In this document: one piece after another, positions 1-9,623 of the stretch
Position numbering within the stretch: position 1 is the stretch's first letter
Layout: each line of letters starts with the position of its first letter
Assembly (NCBI GenBank): GCA_965223325.1
Contig: CBDCWI010000001.1
Location: 643,917-707,916, forward strand
DNA length: 64,000 nucleotides
Direction: 5' to 3'
DNA from: Candidatus Multivoradales bacterium
GTDB taxonomy: Bacteria; Acidobacteriota; Thermoanaerobaculia; Multivoradales; Multivoraceae
Translations under genes and position numbers: made by a program
The notes under the pieces: generated by a model
Databases searched by the model: none
Told to the model about the DNA's origin: nothing
The model's input: the letters and a program-made list of their open reading frames with translations, nothing else

Positions 1-369
1 GTGTGGACGAACGCCGCCACTGCCGCCCGAAGCCTGCCGCGCCAATCGCTCACCACCTTCCTGCGGGTGTTGGCGCCCTTTGCGCCGCACCTGGCCGAAG
101 AACTGTGGCAACGCCTGGGTGGCGAGGGGCTCGCCTCGCTAGCGGAGTGGCCGCAATGGGATGAAGCCCTGATTGTCGACGAAACGATCACTCTCGTCGT
201 CCAGGTCAACGGCAAGAAGCGCGACACCCTCGAAGTGCCCGCCGATGCTGACCAGGCAACCCTCGAGCAGCTGGCGTTGGCGTCCGAAGGGGCGGTGAAG
301 TTCCTCGAGGGCAAGAAGCCCAGGAAGATCATCGTGGTACCCGGCCGACTGGTGAACATCGTCGGGTAG
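1..369 (+). CDS. leuS: Leucyl-tRNA synthetase, C-terminal fragment; the gene starts upstream of the window
   Basis: The C-terminal tail ...KKPRKIIVVPGRLVNIVG* is characteristic of the LeuRS C-terminal domain. Stop TAG at 367-369. Confidence 0.8.
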   Translation: MWTNAATAARSLPRQSLTTFLRVLAPFAPHLAEELWQRLGGEGLASLAEWPQWDEALIVDETITLVVQVNGKKRDTLEVPADADQATLEQLALASEGAVKFLEGKKPRKIIVVPGRLVNIVG

Positions 370-629
370 GAGCCCCTCCATATCCGCCGCGAGCTCGCGG
401 GCATACAGCAAGAGTGGTCAAGAGACCGGCCTCGAGCCGGCTGGGTGAGGTGCGTTCAAGGGAATGATCTTGCCGCCGGCGGCGCCCGTGACGCTGCGAC
501 GCCAAGAAATTCTTTCATCTTTTTTCCCTGCAATTCACTGGGCGTCGTCTGCATCGGCTCACTCTCCGGCGCGAAGAGGTCGCCCGCAAAGGACTGAAAA
601 GACAGCCATCTGGCCTTGCCCACCCAGGC

Positions 630-745
630 ACGCTTCGAGAAGGCGATAAATACGAGTATTTGGTCAAAAGAATACACCTATTAGTCAATTCAAAAATTGT
701 TTAGTACTTTCGCTCCAATCCAGAATCACCATTTCCGGTCAATCG
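630..745. promoter_or_regulatory. AT-rich island upstream of the giant DUF11 gene; probable promoter or nucleoid-protein binding region
   Basis: About 115 bp of strongly AT-rich sequence (gataaatacgagtatttggtcaaaagaatacacctattagtcaattcaaaaattgtttagtac) in an otherwise roughly 70% GC context, lying about 100 bp 5' of the 843 start. Confidence 0.3.
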
Positions 746-842
746 CCGGCCTCCCCGCGACTCCACTCCTCTTGTCGCCGGCGCGAGACAACCAACCGGT
801 TCGAGCACATCGGCTCGACCCTGAACCTTAGAGGTGTTACCC

Positions 843-3800
843 ATGCCCACACTCGTTCATCGTTCGCGCAAACTCCATGCGCTCCTCTTGTCGGTTGCCG
901 TCCTGGTCGCACTGGTTGCGGTTCCCGCCGCCGCGCAGACGGCCACGCCAACCGACGCATTTACCTTCTACGTTCCGTTCCCCGAGAGCGACGCGGACAC
1001 TGTGTTCAGCGAGCTGCTCACCGGCTGGACCGGCGACGACACGCCCGACGATCACATCGTCAGCGTGATCTCGATCGCGGTGTCCGGCAACGGCACCGTC
1101 ATCTACTACGACCATCACGAAGATGGTTTCCAGCCGACATTCGTCGGCGCGCCCGCCGGGACCGTCCTCATCTGGGGTGACGGAGACGCCAGCAATGGTG
1201 TCCCGCTGGGCGATCGCAACGGCGATAGCACGATCGACGACCTCGACGATTTCCTTCTTGCAGGCGACGTCATTGCCCTGCGCGATGACATTCCGCTTCC
1301 CGACTCCTCCGCGACCCTGCGTTTCGACGGTGGTGACAAGCTGGGCGCCAGCCGCCCGATCGCCGTCACGCGCATTGCCTGGGACATCGACGCTGGTGCC
1401 TTGCTCGCCGGTGCTGTCGAGGTGTACGCAGTTTCGGAGTACGGCACGCAGTATGTCTTGCCGATCGGTGAGAACCTGGCGACCATCGACGAGGGCATGT
1501 TCAGTCGCACCTACGCCAGCATCATGGCGTCGGAGGACAACACCCTGGTCGAGGCCCGCATCGCTGGCGGTTCGGGCACCTGGGTCGCCATTGGCACGAT
1601 CAACGAGGGTGAGAGCCTGCTCTACCCGCAGTCCAACGCCGGGCTCGAGATCCGCGCCTCTAGCCCAGTCCAGGTTCACCTGGCCACCGGCCAGACCTAC
1701 GCCGAAGGCGGCAAGTTCGAGTCGCGTTGGTTCAGCCTTTCGCAGGACGACTTCCTTGGCGGCGAGTACTTCACCCCCGCCTCGACGACGGTCCAGGGCA
1801 CCGGCACGCTCCTCAACCCGACGTCGGCCTTCGTCTACAACCCCAACGCCGCCACCATCTCGGTATGGGTCGAGAGTTCTGGTGCTGCAACCTTCTGCGC
1901 CGACATCACTGGGTTTTCGACCCAGCGTTTCGACCTTCCAGGCGGTGCCTACACCGGCACCGGCTCCGTCAAGACCGGCGACGGCACTCACCTGATCGCC
2001 TCGGCAACAGCAGTCTGTAACGTCGATCCGGTTCCCACCTCCTCCGACACTGAGATCTCGGCTGTCGCGGCAGTGAACGCTCTCCCGCAGGCGGATACCA
2101 GCGCTCCGGACAACGACACCTGGGATTGGGGCTACTCGCTGATTCCGGTCTCGCGCCTCACGACGCAGGGTCTGGTGGGTTGGGGCCCGGGCTTCGACCT
2201 GGCCGATCCGACCGGCGCAACGTCGACCGTCAACGGCAGCCCGATCTGGGTCATCGCCACCGTCGACGGCACCACCGTCGTCGCAGACTGGGACGGCGCC
2301 GATGTCAGCGTCGTCCTCGACAAGTACGAGACCGTTCAGTTCGCTGATCCTGATCTCGACAACACCGGAACGCGGATCTTCAGCCTTCAGGGCCCAGATG
2401 GCGTCGACAAGCCGATCGCCATCGCCTGGGGCGAGAACTCCGAGGTAGCGAACGTTGCGAGGCCCTTCCTCGACGTCGGTACCAGCGTCTACCCGCTGCC
2501 GGCCTTCACACTCCGTAAGGAGGTCGCGCTCGCTGACGATGTCGACATGAACGGTGTCTACGACGCCGGCGACACGGTGCTTTACACCATCAATGTGATC
2601 AACGAGAAGCAGGGTGCCCTGCGCAACATTCGGGTGTGGGACATCCTCCCCGACTCGCTCATCTATGAGGAGGGCACCACCTCGCTGCTCCATCCAGACG
2701 GGACTAGAACGGCGATTGCCGACGACGACCCGGCGGATGACCCCACCCCCTTCCCGCTCGACGGAGATGGTGTGGTGATCGGCGACCTCTCGATCTTCGA
2801 AGACGGCTATCAGGTGTCCTTTGAGGCAACCATCCGCGGCGACCTCGAAGTCGAGTACGGCGAGATGATCATCAACAACGCTTGCGCCGTGGCGACCAAC
2901 GCCCAGGAAGATTGCGACGACAGCACGTTCCTGATCCATCAGCCCGCCATCGATCTAGAGAAGTCGGTCATCATCGATGACGGTGTGAGCGACCTCGCTG
3001 ACCTGTGCGCCGATGCTGAGCAGTCGACCACCGGTGCTACCGGCACGGCGATCTACTACTGCTTCACCATCACCAACACCGGCAACACCTATCTGTCAGA
3101 CCTGGTCTTCGTCGATGACGACTTGTCTATCGCTCTCGGAGACCTGACCCTGGTGTCTGGTTCGACCGCTCTGATGGCACCGGGTGATTCCGCGGTGTAC
3201 GCCTACTCGAGCACGATCGGTGATGCGTACTTCCTGAACACTGCCGACGTCACCGGCAACCCGACCGACAATCAGGGGAACGACCTTCCGGGTGTCGACG
3301 ACGTCACCGACGACGACGACGCCGAGGTCACTCCCTGGGATCCGTCGATCGAGATCGTCAAGGACCCGGACAACCAGACGGTTCGAGTTGGTGGCACGGC
3401 GATGTGGAACATCACGGTGACCAACACCGGCAACGTGCTCCTTACCAACGTCACCGTAACCGACACGATCGCACCAGACTGCGATCACTTCATCGGTGAC
3501 CTCGAGCCTGGCGTGGAGAACGCCGTGACCTACACCTGCGAGCTGCAGGACGTCACCGAAGACTTCACCAATGTCGCAGTCGTCAAGGGCGATGATCCAG
3601 ATGGAGAACCGGTCGAAGATGACGACGACGCAGACGTCGACGTGACCAACCCCGGCATCTCGATCGACAAGGCCGCCAAGGATGGAACCGACTCCCAGAC
3701 CGTCCGTACCGACGGAACGGCAACCTGGGACATCACGGTCACCAACACCGGCGACATAGACCTCGAGAACGTCACCGTGACCGATGAACTCGCACCTGGG

Positions 3801-5417
3801 TGCGACAGCGTCATCGGTGACCTGGCGGTCGGCGAGTCCACCTCCTACGAGTGCACCCTGGACAACGTTCAGGCGGACTTCACCAACGTCGCTGATGTGA
3901 CCGGTGATCCGACCGATGGTGGTGATCCGGTCACTGACGACGATCCTTCCGATGTCGTTGTCCGTGACCCGGGCATCACCATCACGAAGAGTGCGACCGA
4001 TGGAACCGACTCCCAGACCCTCCGCACCGGCGGAACGGCAACCTGGGACATCACGGTCACCAACACTGGCGATATCGACCTCGAGAACGTCACCGTGACC
4101 GACGACCTCGCACCCGGGTGCGACAACGTCATCGGTGACCTGGCGGTCGGCGAGTCCACCTCCTACGAGTGCACCCTGGACAACGTTCAGGCGGACTTCA
4201 CCAACGTCGCTGACGTGACCGGTGATCCGACCGATGGTGGTGATCCGGTCACTGACGACGATCCTTCCGATGTCGTTGTCCGTGACCCGGGCATTACCAT
4301 CACGAAGAGTGCGACCGATGGGACGGACCTGCAGACCTTCAGAGTCGGGGGGACCGCTACCTGGGACATCACAGTCACCAACACCGGTCAGGTTGACCTG
4401 ACCAACGTCACAGTGACCGACGCCCTGGCACCGTTGTGCGACAGCGTCATCGGTGACCTCGCGGTTGGTGCCTCAACGACGTACCAGTGCACCCTGGCAG
4501 ACGTCCAGGCGGACTTCACCAACGTCGCTGACGTGACCGGTGATCCGACCGATGGTGGTGATCCGGTTACGGACACCGACCCCTCCGCCGTCGATGTCTA
4601 CAACCCGGCAATCAGCATCGTGAAGAGCGCTATTGACGGCACCGACGAGCAGGCGGTTCCCAACGGCGGCACCGCCACCTGGACCATCGTGGTCACCAAC
4701 ACCGGTGATGTCGAACTGACGAACGTCGTCGTGACCGATCCGCTGGCACCGAACTGTGTCAACGACATCGGCACTCTGGCGATCGGCGCTTCGGTCTCCT
4801 ACACGTGCACCCTCGATGGTGTGACGGAGGACTTCACCAACACCGCGTTTGTCACTGGCACGCCCCCCGATGGTGGTGACGTAACCGATGACGATCCTTC
4901 GAGCGTCACGGTTCCGCCGCCCATCGTGACCGACCTCGACGGAAACCGCACCATCGGCTTCTGGAAGAACCACTGCAACCGGTTCAAGAAGAACAACCCG
5001 GATGCCATCGACCAGATGCCGGTGATGCTCGGTGACCAGTTGGGCATTCCAGATCCGGATACCATCGCCGACGACGGCACCTTCGATGCCGACCAGGCGT
5101 GCGAGGATTCTGGAAACATCCTCGACAGTCGGGATCTCGACGGTCAGAAGCACGCCGAGGACGCCGCCTACAACCTCGCGAGCCAGCTGCTGGCCGCGAA
5201 GTACAACGCCAACCTGAGCGAGGGCACGACCGTCTGCGCCGCAGTCGGCGAGGCGATCGGCGACGCCGACGCCCTCCTGGCAGCCGTTGGGTTCAATGGC
5301 ACGGGCGACTACCTCGTGCCGGGCGACGAGGACACGGCGGAAGATCGCGCCACTGCGATCGTCCTGGCGGACATCCTCGATCGCTACAACAACAGCGACA
5401 TGACGGCGTGTGAGTGA
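843..5417 (+). CDS. Very large secreted protein with multiple DUF11 (conserved repeat domain) Ig-like repeats; putative surface adhesin or S-layer-like protein
   Basis: N-terminal signal peptide (MPTLVHRSRKLHALLLSVAVLVALVAVPAAAQ). About seven repeats carry the DUF11 signature (WxITVTNTGxVxLTNVTVTDxLAPxC...Y.CT). An alternative GTG start lies at 834. RBS agagg 10 nt upstream of ATG 843. Confidence 0.85.
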   Translation: MPTLVHRSRKLHALLLSVAVLVALVAVPAAAQTATPTDAFTFYVPFPESDADTVFSELLTGWTGDDTPDDHIVSVISIAVSGNGTVIYYDHHEDGFQPTFVGAPAGTVLIWGDGDASNGVPLGDRNGDSTIDDLDDFLLAGDVIALRDDIPLPDSSATLRFDGGDKLGASRPIAVTRIAWDIDAGALLAGAVEVYAVSEYGTQYVLPIGENLATIDEGMFSRTYASIMASEDNTLVEARIAGGSGTWVAIGTINEGESLLYPQSNAGLEIRASSPVQVHLATGQTYAEGGKFESRWFSLSQDDFLGGEYFTPASTTVQGTGTLLNPTSAFVYNPNAATISVWVESSGAATFCADITGFSTQRFDLPGGAYTGTGSVKTGDGTHLIASATAVCNVDPVPTSSDTEISAVAAVNALPQADTSAPDNDTWDWGYSLIPVSRLTTQGLVGWGPGFDLADPTGATSTVNGSPIWVIATVDGTTVVADWDGADVSVVLDKYETVQFADPDLDNTGTRIFSLQGPDGVDKPIAIAWGENSEVANVARPFLDVGTSVYPLPAFTLRKEVALADDVDMNGVYDAGDTVLYTINVINEKQGALRNIRVWDILPDSLIYEEGTTSLLHPDGTRTAIADDDPADDPTPFPLDGDGVVIGDLSIFEDGYQVSFEATIRGDLEVEYGEMIINNACAVATNAQEDCDDSTFLIHQPAIDLEKSVIIDDGVSDLADLCADAEQSTTGATGTAIYYCFTITNTGNTYLSDLVFVDDDLSIALGDLTLVSGSTALMAPGDSAVYAYSSTIGDAYFLNTADVTGNPTDNQGNDLPGVDDVTDDDDAEVTPWDPSIEIVKDPDNQTVRVGGTAMWNITVTNTGNVLLTNVTVTDTIAPDCDHFIGDLEPGVENAVTYTCELQDVTEDFTNVAVVKGDDPDGEPVEDDDDADVDVTNPGISIDKAAKDGTDSQTVRTDGTATWDITVTNTGDIDLENVTVTDELAPGCDSVIGDLAVGESTSYECTLDNVQADFTNVADVTGDPTDGGDPVTDDDPSDVVVRDPGITITKSATDGTDSQTLRTGGTATWDITVTNTGDIDLENVTVTDDLAPGCDNVIGDLAVGESTSYECTLDNVQADFTNVADVTGDPTDGGDPVTDDDPSDVVVRDPGITITKSATDGTDLQTFRVGGTATWDITVTNTGQVDLTNVTVTDALAPLCDSVIGDLAVGASTTYQCTLADVQADFTNVADVTGDPTDGGDPVTDTDPSAVDVYNPAISIVKSAIDGTDEQAVPNGGTATWTIVVTNTGDVELTNVVVTDPLAPNCVNDIGTLAIGASVSYTCTLDGVTEDFTNTAFVTGTPPDGGDVTDDDPSSVTVPPPIVTDLDGNRTIGFWKNHCNRFKKNNPDAIDQMPVMLGDQLGIPDPDTIADDGTFDADQACEDSGNILDSRDLDGQKHAEDAAYNLASQLLAAKYNANLSEGTTVCAAVGEAIGDADALLAAVGFNGTGDYLVPGDEDTAEDRATAIVLADILDRYNNSDMTACE
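3543..4815 (+). repeat. Intragenic tandem array of four units with a 318-bp (106-aa) period; the middle two units are about 97% identical at the nucleotide level
   Basis: Unit boundaries at about 3543, 3861, 4179 and 4497. The string gacaacgttcaggcggacttcaccaacgtcgctga recurs at 3861 and 4179. Minus-strand ORFs 3530-3841, 3869-4159 and 4187-4384 are near-identical shadows of the same array. Confidence 0.8.
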
Positions 5418-5565
5418 GTCCTACCTCCGCGTAGGTTGGTAGCGACCGACAGGTCGTGACCGCATTGCGCCCCCTTCCTGCCTCCGGGCGGAAGGGGGCG
5501 TTCTTGTTTCCGAAGGTGCCGCTGGAGCGCGCTACGATGATCCTCTCCCTCGAAAAGGATCCTCA

Positions 5566-7053
5566 ATGGTGGCTCTCGCTACTCTCTCTTCTCCCTTTCT
5601 GGCACCTCAGAGGGCCGTCGTTGCCCTCCTCTTAGCCAGCGCAGTCGGCTCCGCAGGTCATGCAACCTCCGACTGGGCCATGTTTCGTGGCCCCAACGGC
5701 CAGGGCATCGCCGAGGTGGGTGCCCTGCCCACGGAAATCGGCCCCGAGAAGGCACTGATTTGGCGCCTGGAAATACCACCCGGGTCCTCGTCTCCGGTGC
5801 TCTTTGGCGACCGCATCTATCTCACGGGCTACGACGGAGATGATCTGCTCGTACTCGCGATCGACGTTTCCGGCCAGGAGGCCTGGCGCAAGACGGTACC
5901 TCGCACCCGCCACGAGAAACTCGACAACAGGAACGACCCGGCGTCGCCCTCGGTGGCGGTCGACGAACGTGGCGTGGTGGCGTTCTTTGGCGACTTCGGC
6001 CTCATCGCCTACGACCACCAGGGCCAGGAGCAGTGGAGGAAAGCGCTCGGGCCGTTCAACAACCTCTACGGCGTGGGAGCCTCACCCGTGATCCATGGCG
6101 ACATGGTCGTGCTTTCAGTCGACCAACAGCAGGGATCTTTCCTGAAGGCTTTCTCTCGCTCGTCGGGCGAGACCGTCTGGGAGACCCGCCGCCCCGAGGC
6201 CAAGACCGGGCACTCCACCCCGATCTTGTATGAGCCGGAGGGCGGGAAACCGCAGCTCATTCTGCCGGGCTCGTTCTTTCTCACCGGCTACGACCTGGCC
6301 ACCGGCCGAAAGCTGTGGTGGGTGCATGGGCTGTCGTTCGAGATGAAGTCTGTGCCAGTGATCGGCGCTGGCCACATCTTCATCAACGGCTACGGTTCTC
6401 AGTTCAACGACCCGGACAAGAGCGTAGCCACGATGGAGTGGGCTGAGGCGATCCGAAAGAGCGACGAGAACGCCGATGGCCAGATTTCGGAAGACGAGCT
6501 CGCCCACGACCAGTTCGCGCACGGATGGTTCGGCTTCAACGACCTCAACCAGGACGGCCGATTGAGCGAAGTCGAGTGGCAGTACTTTCGTGACGCCTTG
6601 GCCACTCGCAACAACATGATGGCGGTTCGGCTCCCTTTGGCAGATGAGCGCGGCGATCTCACCGGAACGCACATCAGCTGGCAGTACTTCAGGAACGTCC
6701 CGCAGCTGCCATCGCCGGTGCTCTACAGGGGCGTCTTGTGGATGATCAGCGATCGCGGCATCGCGACCACCTTCGAACCGCGCACAGGGATGATCATCAA
6801 CCAGGGTCGCATTGCCGGCGGTGCGGAGAGCTACTACGCCAGCCCGATAGCGGCCGACGGCAAGATCTGGCTCGCGGCCCGCTCGGGCCTGGTCTCGGTC
6901 ATGCCAGCGGATGGCCACCTCGAACCACTCCATCAGGTCGAGCTCGACGAAACCATCACCGCCACTCCGGCACTCGCGCCGGGGCGGCTCTACGTGCGCA
7001 CCAACAAGGCCCTCTGGGCATTTGCCTCGGCGCCTGCCGAAGGCTCGAACTGA
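5566..7053 (+). CDS. Secreted PQQ-like (BamB-type) beta-propeller repeat protein with an inserted pair of canonical EF-hand Ca-binding loops
   Basis: Signal peptide. Repeated propeller blade motifs of the form 'G..vlf/YafD..tG...W'. EF loops DENADGQISEDE and DLNQDGRLSEVE have D/N/D/S/E at positions 1, 3, 5, 9 and 12. RBS aagga 8 nt upstream. Confidence 0.75.
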   Translation: MVALATLSSPFLAPQRAVVALLLASAVGSAGHATSDWAMFRGPNGQGIAEVGALPTEIGPEKALIWRLEIPPGSSSPVLFGDRIYLTGYDGDDLLVLAIDVSGQEAWRKTVPRTRHEKLDNRNDPASPSVAVDERGVVAFFGDFGLIAYDHQGQEQWRKALGPFNNLYGVGASPVIHGDMVVLSVDQQQGSFLKAFSRSSGETVWETRRPEAKTGHSTPILYEPEGGKPQLILPGSFFLTGYDLATGRKLWWVHGLSFEMKSVPVIGAGHIFINGYGSQFNDPDKSVATMEWAEAIRKSDENADGQISEDELAHDQFAHGWFGFNDLNQDGRLSEVEWQYFRDALATRNNMMAVRLPLADERGDLTGTHISWQYFRNVPQLPSPVLYRGVLWMISDRGIATTFEPRTGMIINQGRIAGGAESYYASPIAADGKIWLAARSGLVSVMPADGHLEPLHQVELDETITATPALAPGRLYVRTNKALWAFASAPAEGSN

Positions 7054-7230
7054 AACCTCCGAGAGCCCCATGTGAGGCAGGCGAGCTGCCCGCGCGAACC
7101 GGCCCATCGGCGACCTCCCGAAGTGTTCAGGGCGCGCGAACTCTTTGGTACGCTTCGCCCGCCGCAAGAATCAAACCAAATGTGACAGGGTCCATACAAG
7201 GCCCGAGAACGCCCAGCGGAGACTCCACGC

Positions 7231-7764
7231 ATGTCTGAGCGCAACCACCCCACCAACACCAACACCCGTTCGCTACGAGGAGCCGCGGTTGCCGCTGCTC
7301 TGCTCCTCGCTCTCCTGGTCTCGCTGGCCACGATGCAATCGGTGAGCGCTCAGGCTGCCTCGCAGGGCCAGGCCGCCTCCGCGGGTGCGAGTGGCGCGCC
7401 CGATCCGAGTGACACCGAGGCGGCACGCGAGTGGGCGGCGCTGGTGCAGCGTGGTGCCTACCTGGCCAACCACGTTTCGATGTGCGTCGAATGCCATTCG
7501 CCGCGTGACCGCGAGGGCGACCTCCGCGGCGACCGCCTCTTCACGGGCGGCCCCATGCCGGTCACCAACCCCTTTGCCGGCGCGCGCTGGGCCTTTACCG
7601 CACCCAACCTGCGCCGGGTCCCGGGCTACACCCAGGATGAGTTCATCCACTTCATGGCCAGCGGCGAAACGCCCAACGGCACAGAGGCCCGCGGGCCCAT
7701 GCCCCAGTTCCGCATGCAACCGCGAGACGCGCGCGCTTTGTGGGCCTACTTGTACTCGCTGTAG
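7231..7764 (+). CDS. c-type cytochrome (class I) with signal peptide
   Basis: Single CXXCH motif (CVECH) followed by a Met-containing C-terminal region. Ala-rich signal sequence. Confidence 0.8.
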   Translation: MSERNHPTNTNTRSLRGAAVAAALLLALLVSLATMQSVSAQAASQGQAASAGASGAPDPSDTEAAREWAALVQRGAYLANHVSMCVECHSPRDREGDLRGDRLFTGGPMPVTNPFAGARWAFTAPNLRRVPGYTQDEFIHFMASGETPNGTEARGPMPQFRMQPRDARALWAYLYSL

Positions 7765-7802
7765 CGGACCGAGAGCGGCCGCAGTCGAACAGCGCGGCGT
7801 CG

Positions 7803-9581
7803 CTAGCCGCCGCGACCGGCCAGCCACTTCCTGAGCTCTGCAGCCGACCAGGTGTTGATGCAGGCGTCTCGCCGTAGGGCGGCCCGGCGCGCGACCAGCA
7901 CCCCGTAAGGGCGATACCCAAAGCCGACCTCGGAGTGGGCGTCGGTATTGATCGAGATCTTGCAGCCGGCGGCGACTGCCAGGCGCACGTGGGCGTCGCG
8001 AAGGTCGAGGCGGCGGGGGTTGGCGTTGATCTCGAGCGCCACATCGTTTCGCACGGCGCACTCGACGAGGGCGTCCATGTCGGGCTCGAGGCCTCGTCGT
8101 CGGCCGATGATGCGCCCCGTGGGGTGACCGAGAATGTCGACGTGTGGGTTGGAAAGAGCGCGCAGTAGACGCTGGGTGGCAGTCTCTCTGTCTTGTGACA
8201 AGGAGGCGTGAGGCGAGGCCACCACCAGGTCGAGTTCCGCCAGCAGATCGTCGGGGTAGTCGAGCGACCCATCGGGAAGAATGTCGACCTCGGAACCAGC
8301 CAAGAGCGCAATGGCCGCGTGGCGCTCGTTGGCCTCGCGAATGGCATCGGCATGTCTCCTCAGGCGATCGGCGTCGAGCCCGTTGGCGAGGACCGAGCTC
8401 ACCGAATGGTCGGTGATCGCCAGAACTTTCATGCCCGCCGCAATCGCGGCTTCGGCAAGCGCGTCGATCTCGAGTTTGCCGTCCGACGCCACGGTATGGC
8501 TGTGGAGCTCGGCGATGAGGTCACCGCCCTCGATGAGATCGTCCGGTACCCCTGCCTCGCCGAGTTCGCCGCGGTCCTCGCGCAACTCGGGCGGGATGTA
8601 GGTGAGGCCAAAGACCTCGTAGACTTCCTCCTCGCTGGCCGCCGCCAGGGGTTTGGCCCCCTGATCTTGCGGCCGCTCCTCGGTCCCTTCGAACAGCCCA
8701 AACTCGTTGAGATGTCGTTTCTGGCGAATGGCCAGAGCCCGCAGGCGCACGTTGTGCTCCTTCGAGCCGGTGAAGTACATGAGGGCCGCCCCCCAGACTT
8801 CGGGCGGCACAATGCGCAAATCGACCTGGACCGCAGTCCCCGATTCAAAGAAACGCACCGAGCACTTCCCGGGTCCTTTCGCTAAGACCTGCTCGACGCC
8901 GTCGAGATTGAGAAAGCAGTTTGCGACCGTCGCAATCGTCTCCTCGCCTCGGCAGGCAGCGAGGATGTCGATGTCACCGATGGTTTCGCGCCCGCGCCGC
9001 AGGCTGCCTGCCCAGGACGCCCGTTCGACACCTTCGATCGCCGAGAGCACGGCGGTGATCTTCTCGGCAATGGGCAGCGCCTTGCCAATCGGAATGCGGC
9101 CCCGGCTGCGGCTCGAGAAGTCGATCGCACGGCGGATGTTGTCGATCGTCTTCTGCCCCATGCGCGGCAGTTCGAGGAGCTCGGGGCTGTCGAGTGCGTC
9201 TTCGAGCTCTGCCAACGAGGTGATCGAGAGCTCCTTCCACATCGCTTTGACCGTCTTGGGTCCGAGGCCCGGAATGGAGAGAATCTCGAAGAGACCCGCG
9301 GGAACTTTCTCGAGCATCTTCGTGTGATCGCTGATCTCGCCGCGATCGAAATGCTCGAGCAGCCGGCGGGCGGCGCCTGAGCCGATATCGTCGATCGCCT
9401 GCAGGCGCTTGTCGGCGGTTGCGCGATCTTCGGCGATGAGGTCGTAGATGTTCTCGTCCATGTCGCGCAACCGACGCGCGACCCGCCGGTGGGAGTTGGC
9501 GCGAAACGAGTTGCCACCCTGCAGCTCGACGCCGGCAGCAAGTTGGTCGAAGAGTTGTTGAAGTTGTTTGTTCGTTGTCAC
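7803..9581 (-). CDS. polX: DNA polymerase/3'-5' exonuclease PolX (Pol-beta-like nucleotidyltransferase plus C-terminal PHP domain)
   Basis: HhH motifs. Pol X catalytic motif GSLRRGRETIGDIDIL. PHP domain with HSHTVASDG and His/Asp-rich C-terminus. GTG start at 9581. Confidence 0.85.
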   Translation of the reverse strand: MTTNKQLQQLFDQLAAGVELQGGNSFRANSHRRVARRLRDMDENIYDLIAEDRATADKRLQAIDDIGSGAARRLLEHFDRGEISDHTKMLEKVPAGLFEILSIPGLGPKTVKAMWKELSITSLAELEDALDSPELLELPRMGQKTIDNIRRAIDFSSRSRGRIPIGKALPIAEKITAVLSAIEGVERASWAGSLRRGRETIGDIDILAACRGEETIATVANCFLNLDGVEQVLAKGPGKCSVRFFESGTAVQVDLRIVPPEVWGAALMYFTGSKEHNVRLRALAIRQKRHLNEFGLFEGTEERPQDQGAKPLAAASEEEVYEVFGLTYIPPELREDRGELGEAGVPDDLIEGGDLIAELHSHTVASDGKLEIDALAEAAIAAGMKVLAITDHSVSSVLANGLDADRLRRHADAIREANERHAAIALLAGSEVDILPDGSLDYPDDLLAELDLVVASPHASLSQDRETATQRLLRALSNPHVDILGHPTGRIIGRRRGLEPDMDALVECAVRNDVALEINANPRRLDLRDAHVRLAVAAGCKISINTDAHSEVGFGYRPYGVLVARRAALRRDACINTWSAAELRKWLAGRGG

Positions 9582-9623
9582 GCCCGTCGCCCCCTGTACC
9601 AGTTCCTCATCACGACCGCACGC

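Noticed and set aside
837-2939. 700-aa minus-strand ORF, and several ORFs of 100-300 aa, overlapping the giant DUF11 gene
   Set aside because: They are antisense to a gene with strong domain evidence. Long antisense ORFs like this are expected by chance in a roughly 70% GC sequence, and they show no recognisable motifs.
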